Assembly (NCBI GenBank): GCA_965153355.1
Contig: OZ231126.1
Coordinates: forward strand, 15,500,001 to 15,564,000
Source of the DNA: Flaccisagitta enflata
Lineage: Eukaryota
Direction of reading: 5' to 3'
DNA length: 64,000 bases
A program made the translations under genes and the position numbers. Below are positions 56,389 to 64,000 of this stretch, one piece after another (position 1 is the first letter of the stretch; every line of letters starts with the position of its first letter). Below the pieces are notes generated by a model that made no database searches, was not told where the DNA came from, and saw nothing but the letters and a program-made list of their open reading frames with translations.

Positions 56389-56865
56389 TATCTAGGAGTC
56401 GATTGTCAAAAAAAATCATTAGTTTCCTGTTAATCATTGTGTTGTAAGAGTCATATAGAATAGAATGCAAACAAGTGACGTGGGGTCACAATATCGTTGC
56501 GGATGGGTGGGCAGGGGCATCCAACCCCCCTTTGGACCTAACCCATCCCTCAACCCCACACTCATGCTCACGGACGGATGGATCAAAGGATGGACCAATG
56601 GATGGACAAAGCCTCATATAGAGTTGTGTGTCCGCAACTAAAAACCATTTCACGATTGCTCATTCTGATCGTTCTTGACAAAGCTAGTGTCGATATCCGA
56701 AATCATACTCATAGGGCCTTTCTCAACCACCAGTCATTAACTAGCAAAAATGATTAGTCCAAATGGTAACATACAGGTTCAAAAACTTTACAATCTGGTC
56801 ATCACACAGTTAATTTACAACTGAAGTACAGAGTAGAAAAGAGGATAATTGGTAAAATCTAGTTA

Positions 56866-57646
56866 AACAAGTCATCCAAGGATCGCACATGGTCAGCGGT
56901 ACCCGTTGCCCTGCTTGGAGTGTTTAGGTGAAGAATTGAGGTGAAAGCAGGGCAGCGGCCCCAAAGGACCGATGTCCTGTAGAACACAGGGGTGAATTTC
57001 CATACGTCCTGGGAAGAGGTGAGGGGCTCTGAAAAGATTTGACCATATCCCAGAGGTTTGATTCCGGCCAACAAGGCTGAATTCAGCCCAGTGAAGGCTG
57101 ATTATGACCAGATGAGGGCTGATTTCAGGTCCGAGAGGGTTGATTTCAAGCCTGAGAGAGGCAATTTCAGGTCTAAGACTTTGGTCAAGGATGGCTGGTT
57201 TCATGCCTGGGAATGCTGGTTTCATGCCTGGGTCCCAGGCTGGGAGGCGAGATTGTGGGCTTAAGAGGCCTGATTATGGGTCCAAGAGGGTTGATTTCAA
57301 GCCTGAGAGAGGCAATTTCAGGTCTAAGACTTTGGTCAAGGATGGCTGGTTTCATGCCTGGGAATGCTGGTTTCATGCCTGGGTCCCATGCTGGGAGGCG
57401 AGATTATGGGCTTAAGAGGCCTGATTATGGGCCTGAGAGGACTGATTTGGGGCGTACAAGAGCTGATTTGGGGCCTGAGAGGGCTGATTTTATGCTCTAG
57501 AGACCAGATTTCAGGCCCCAGTAGGCTGGATGAGGGCCTCAGGCCTCTGAAGGGGGGGGACGGACGGAAGGACGGACGGACGGACGTATGGAAATTCACC
57601 CCTGTGTTCTACAGGACATCGGCCCTTTGGGGCCGCTGCCCAAAAA
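56866..57646 (-). mobile_element. HINE family A with higher-order (about 160-bp) duplicated core
   Basis: Family ends; about 57127-57280 is repeated at about 57282-57435. Confidence 0.8.
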
Positions 57647-58374
57647 GCGAGTATTTTTTAGAAAATAGCGAATATTAGCTAGCAATAGCTAGAATCTGCT
57701 AGAAATAGCTAGATTCGCTAGGTGTCTCATGGAAAATCGCTAGATGATTCGCTAGTCGCCAGATGGCAAAAGGTTGTCGCTAGGAGGCCCCAAAATTCGC
57801 TAGAAATAGCGACAAAATCGCCAGTTTCGCAGCAGAGGGGTAGCCTACTAATATCATTGCATCAAGTGTCGGAAGCAACAGGTGTCGCAAGATTCCATCG
57901 CATTTCGATTTTCTTTGTAAATATAAAAAAAACTAAGAACCTAAGACGTTGCGAATCGTATGGCACTACGATACAAAGGTTGACATGTCAATGAAATGAT
58001 TGCGCTGTTGTCTAGCATTAACTATCATACGATACAATTATTTGATGCGTACTTTTAAAAGTTTGAGTGTAGTCATGACGTGGATACACTTTAAATCCTA
58101 TCCATTCAATAACTTCATTATGCAAATTAGCCCTACTTTGGCGTTTTTATTACTACTGGTCGTTTCGTTGAATATTGATGAAATTATTTTCCGTGTTGGA
58201 TGCATGTGCCTGATAATCATCCGTCATTCCATCTGTAGTTTTCCGTGTTCGCGACCTTATGTTTCGTTCTTTCTGTCTTTCAATTGTTCTTTCATTCAAA
58301 TATTATTCTCCTTTGCTCATCTCCCCTTCTCTTTGTCTCTCTTTGTCTTTCTTTGTCACCTTGTCACTTTTTCT

Positions 58375-58454
<80 letters not shown>

Positions 58455-58691
58455 CATTTCCAATCGATGAGCAGGGACAAGATTTATTCTTCCCCAAAGT
58501 GCCATTCCGGCACACCATGAGTCAAAATTGTTGCCGGTTTTGGCCGAAGCTGCCGGAAATTGCGGATGCATCGGCCAATGGACTCCCGCTCATCGAAATC
58601 TCTCCTCGAATCTCGAGACGATGCAACAGTGACAAAATTACCGACCGATGATCCCGTGAACTCCTTTTTGGCTGCCGTAGATACTCTCTCC

Positions 58692-59237
58692 TTTTTGGGC
58701 AGCGGCCCCAAAGGGCCGATGTCCTGTAGGACACAGGGGTGAATTTCCTTACGTCCGTCCGTACGTCCCCCCCAAGTTTCTCAATTCTCAAATTCCCATT
58801 GAACATGGGAAAATGACAAAATGCAAACATCCCATTGAATAACATGGAAAATTTACAAAAAAAATAGAAAAATATAAATTTCCTATCAAATAACATAGAA
58901 AATGGATAAAAGATAAAATAAAATGCAAAATTCCTATTGAATAACATGGAAAATTGATAAAAAAAATAAAAAAAAGATGAAATTCTCATTGAATAACATG
59001 GATTATAGATAAAAAATTGTAAAAAAATATAAAACTCTAATTGAATATCATGGAAAATTGTCCAAAAGGCCTGAAATTCGCCTTCCTAGGAATCTCAGGA
59101 CGTAAGGAAATTCACCCCTGTGTCCTACAGGACATCGGTCCTTTGGGGCCGCTGCCCTGCTCTCTCACTAACTTCTTCAGTTGATCATCAAGCAGGGCAT
59201 CGGGTACCGCGACCATGTAAGCGATCCTTGGATGACT

Positions 59238-59238
<1 letters not shown>
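58692..59238 (+). mobile_element. HINE family A, AT-rich tandem core
   Basis: Matches 23776-24313. Confidence 0.8.
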
Positions 59239-59691
<453 letters not shown>

Positions 59692-60744
59692 CTCCTTCTC
59701 TCCACGTTTTCACGATCTGTCACCTGTCATTGTAATCAACTAAACATATAAAGGAGGAAAGAAAGGAGGAAAGGAAAGAAGAAAGGATTTTGACGTAAGG
59801 AGGTGGAGGAAGTTAGAAGAAACGGAGGAAGACGGAGAAGAGGAAGAAGAAGAGGAAGAGGAAGAAGAGGATGAGAATGTAGAAGACGTATATTTATCGC
59901 CTTCGATTCATCAACTGCGTGGAGTCGTCACAGCAAATCGTCGATGGCGGTTCCCATCGCCAGCGTCTTGTCCGAGTGCCGCGTGACCCGAGCTAGACCA
60001 AGACAATCGAGACGATCGTCATATCTCCTTTCGTCCGTTCGTGCGTGCGCGTGTTTGGGTGCGCGCGTGCGTGTCATTTCGTGTGTGCGTACGAACAAGT
60101 TCGTTGGTGAATGCGAACATAGAGGATGTTTGGTGAACGGATTCGAATTTTTTTCTTCTTCTTATTCTTCTTCTTCTTCTTCTTCTTCTTCTTCTTCTTC
60201 TTCTTCTTCTTCTTCTTCTTCTTCGATCTTCGTCTTCTTCTTCCTTTTTTCTTCATCTGTTTCTACTTTTGTTTATGATCTTTATGTTTATGTTCTTTTT
60301 GTTTCTTTATGTTCTTGTTCATGTTCTTCTCCTTGTCCTAGTTCTTGTTCTTCTTTTCCACCTCTACTTTCTATTCCTCCCTTTCTTCCCTTGGGTCAGG
60401 GTAAACCCAAACCACAAATGGTATAATGGTCGGGGTGGTCGGAGAGATACGGAGACCAACAGGCGTGGGCAGACATGAAGAAGAGGAGGAAATAGAGGAG
60501 AAGACAGAGGAAGATACCGAGAAAGAAGGAGGATGAGGAGGAAAAAGAGGAGGAGGAGGAAAAAGAGGAGGAGGAGGAGGAGGAGAACCTGAGGCGCGAC
60601 GCGTGGAGAGATTGATGTGGAGATCAGAGGTTCTCATACGTCATCATTCGCTGAACGTCAAACCAGTGAAACCACCACGCCAACCAAACACACACAAAAC
60701 CCAATCCAACATCATTTATTATCAAACTTTTAAGATAACAATCG

Positions 60745-60788
<44 letters not shown>

Positions 60789-62912
60789 ATTACTAATCCC
60801 CCCTCCCTCTTCCAGTTTATTTCACGTCCCATTGATTTTCCATCATTCCAATGTCCATATGCCCTCCTTTTCTCCTTTTCCCCTCCAATCAAGGAGAGCC
60901 CTCAAGCTCTCATCTCCTTCCTACTCCCTCCATGGAAAGCTGCATTTTGGCCGTTCTTGACGATCACCAACTCATGACAAAATTCTAGAAATATTCATTC
61001 TGGCATGCAAAAAGAAATTCATTTTTAGATAACCCAAGACAAAACTTAAGCAGTATCCAAAGAGTAGCGAGAAGTTAGATCTACGTTGCTCATGTTCTTT
61101 TTTAATTTGCCTTTCCTGCCGTAGAGGCACTTATCTTTCTTTCTCATTAAGTATCTGAAGCTCATTTTCCGCCTCCAACTTCATCAAAAGTCCTTCATGA
61201 ACCTTACCGCTGTCTTTCTCATTCTTACCTATCTCAACAGACTCAACAGCTATCCTTTCCTTTCTCCCCTCCCCATCATCTCATCTCCCTTCCCTCCTTC
61301 CATCCCACCTTCTTCTCTTCTCTTCACTCCGTGTTCAGTTTTCCAACCCTCCCGGGCTCCCACCTTTTACCCTGTCCATGCTTACCCAATACCCATCTTT
61401 CCCCTCTGTCCCTCCTTCCTTTCCTTCCTTCCCTGCCTGTCTTTCTTTCCTTCCTACAATCCTGCCATCCTACCATCCTACCATCCTTTCACCTCTTTTA
61501 CCTGTGCTCCATCTCCACCTTTATCTCTTCCTTCTACCCATCTCCCTCCCATTCATTCCCTTGTCTTCTCCCCTCCCCTATTCTTACTTTCTCCCCCTTT
61601 TCCACCATTTCACTCTCCCATCCCTCTCACTCTCTGCCCCCGCTCATCATCATCTATGCCTTTTCTCTATCCCCTTCCTCTCTCAATTTTGCCCATGAAA
61701 CAATTCCATAGAGCATCCCGATTTATCTTCCATCGCATTGGGCAGAGATTGATCTGCATGCCAACCACACTACGCAAAAGTCCTTCTTAATTATTTGATC
61801 ATCTTTCCTTCTCCTCCCTTTCCCCTCTCCCTCCGCATTCCCCCTTACACAAATAAAAATAATCATTAAAAAAAGAAAGAAAAAAAGGAAAAAAAAAACA
61901 CAAAGTTGATTTATCTGTTTTTCTTTTATTTCTGTGCGTCTTTCTGTATGAATCTTGGACAACTGTAGAGTTGCGCTTACCTCAGTTTACCCTCCTCAGT
62001 TTTTCAATTTCTTTCTTTCTTCCTTTCTTTTATTCATTCATTCATTCATTCATTCATTCATTCATTCATTCATTCATTCATTCATTCATTCATTCATTCA
62101 TTCATTCATTCATTCATTCATTCTTACTTTCTGCTGAGAAACGCATCAAACAACCTCAACGAGTCAACACAGTCTCTTTAGTCTTTACTCTTTACCTCTT
62201 CATCTAACATAGGGTAGACAGGATGTGTGACTTACCAGATTTGACAGAGCTACGACATGCCTTTCAAACCTATGAAATGTCTGAGAGAAGATCTGAATGG
62301 CTTCTTCCTTACTTGTTTTTATCATGTGGTCTTTTTAATTGTGTGCACGCGACTCTATGACCCGCTATGTCTGTCTGTTGGTCCGTCCGTCTGTCAGTCA
62401 GTCATTCTTAGTTATTTAAGGGGTAACAGGCGTTTTTGCGTTACTGCTCCTGCCCAAATACTTGTTTAGCCTTATCTATCCTTGTACCTCCTCACCCGCA
62501 CGTAACATGGGTAACTGATCTGAAATGTATAAGTTTATACTTTGAAGGATTGATAATGCAGTATGACAGATCACTTGATCAAAACCACCTTTGATTTGAT
62601 TGAACACATCCATAGTTTAAGCTTGTGGTTTTTGTATTTGGTTTTGGTTATCCTGTGATTTATAATGATTTTGATTTTGAGTTTGTATCATAAACTGGTT
62701 TTGCATTGACGTCATTTGGCACGGTGTTTTTATGGTTTGATTTCTTATCAAAACAGTGATCTTTCAATGATAAAACTTCGTTCATTTTTAAAAGAACTAT
62801 GATAGTATCAGTTATCAATGCTGCTCTATGGAAATTAAAAAGAGAGAACTAAAAGCTGACGGGAAATTTAATTCTAAAGTTTTCATTATTTTTTCCTCTG
62901 CTTTTAAATAAG

Positions 62913-63106
62913 AACGAGGCCAGATACACGGTAACTAAAGTCGCGTGCGGGTGGGCAGGGGCCATATTTGAGGCCACAAGGTCATTTGGGCAGGAGCAGT
63001 GAGGTCAAAGAAAAAAAATCATAAAAAAAGTAAAGTGTGACCAACCGACCAACCGACCAACCGACGGACAAAGCGGGTTGTAGAGTCGCGTGCATGCGAC
63101 TAAAAA
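62913..63106 (-). mobile_element. Short HINE family B
   Basis: Matches 54086-54306. Confidence 0.78.
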
Positions 63107-63722
63107 TATAGAGACTTAAACTTTGCTGAACAATTCTAAGCGTCTGCAGCAATCTCAATATGAAATGATGCAATTTCACTTGTTGATTATTAGTTGTATT
63201 ATTTTTTTTTTTCCAAGTATTAGTAATTGTAAAATTTTGAATGAAACAATTTTAATTTCCTGAGCATGCCAAAGACGGAGCAAAAGCCTACTGTGAACCT
63301 ATCAAAATATAATTATCACTAATTTTGCTTATTTTCAGCAATCTACTTTTTTTGTACTCATGTTATGAGCATGAGCTCCCCATACTTCCAAGTCTAGACG
63401 GCATCTACTGTGTGCTTTCTCCAGGTCATTGAAACCCGCGCAAGAAACCTGGTTTTAGTTCTTCTCACGTTTTCTCTGTCTCAAATCGTCATTAGAGTGT
63501 CTGAAGTGTTTTTCGCGGCGGCATCTAGAAGCAGTTCGTTCGCTGCGCCGGATCAACAGGTTCTCTTCATCACCAATGTCAAATCAGTGATGCTTTATTA
63601 TTACTGTTATTATGATAATATCTCTCCCGTTTGTGTCTGTCGTGATTGTGCAGAATTTCGCTTTGTACTTTTTAAAGAACATTTCACCTTGAGCCAGTCA
63701 TCTTTGAGGCAATTTACTTTCG

Positions 63723-63791
<69 letters not shown>

Positions 63792-64000
63792 TCTCTCTCT
63801 CTCTCTCCTTCTCTCTTTCTCTTTCTTTCAAGTTCTTATCGAAATTGGGAAAAGTGTCTTTATTTGCTTTACATGAGAGAGGAAAGGTTGCAACTTTTTA
63901 ACCCTCCGTTGTTTTTGAACAATTTTAAGGTGGTGCTCCGTTCGATGAATCTTTTAGAAGCTTTGTTCTTCGCCATTGTAGCTTTTGGGCAACAGCACCA

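Larger units (their letters stand above)
54471..57837. mobile_element. Non-autonomous hAT-like element hosting four nested elements
   Basis: 8-bp TSD GGGTAGCC, degenerate TIRs and clustered CGCTAGA subterminal repeats at both ends. Nested elements: 54815-55726, 55792-56388, 56470-56643 and 56866-57646. Confidence 0.75.

Overview
Repeat-rich animal (invertebrate-like) genomic DNA, with no prokaryotic signal. Hand splicing gives three protein-coding genes. (1) The 3' part of DNAI7/CASC1, an axonemal dynein-associated protein (+ strand, 12 phase-consistent exons, 3561-25152). (2) A complete 347-aa arrestin (- strand, 7 exons, 38471-27051) that lacks the C-tail and most polar-core residues. (3) An L-type Cav1 alpha-1 subunit (- strand, 5 exons, 50434-44819) that breaks off mid-exon at the domain II pore loop and has a short C-terminus. 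Three tandem U4 snRNA genes lie antisense in a DNAI7 intron; one carries changes in critical regions. The rest is microsatellite plus nested non-autonomous DNA transposons: Helentron/DINE-like HINEs with interchangeable tandem-repeat cores, TA-target Tc1/mariner-type MITEs, 8-bp-TSD hAT elements, a CACTG element and a Harbinger-like MITE. The most unusual signals are the predicted pre-activated arrestin and an arrestin intron made of four tandem copies of its own AG|GT exon junction. All identifications come from recalled family motifs; no database search was run.
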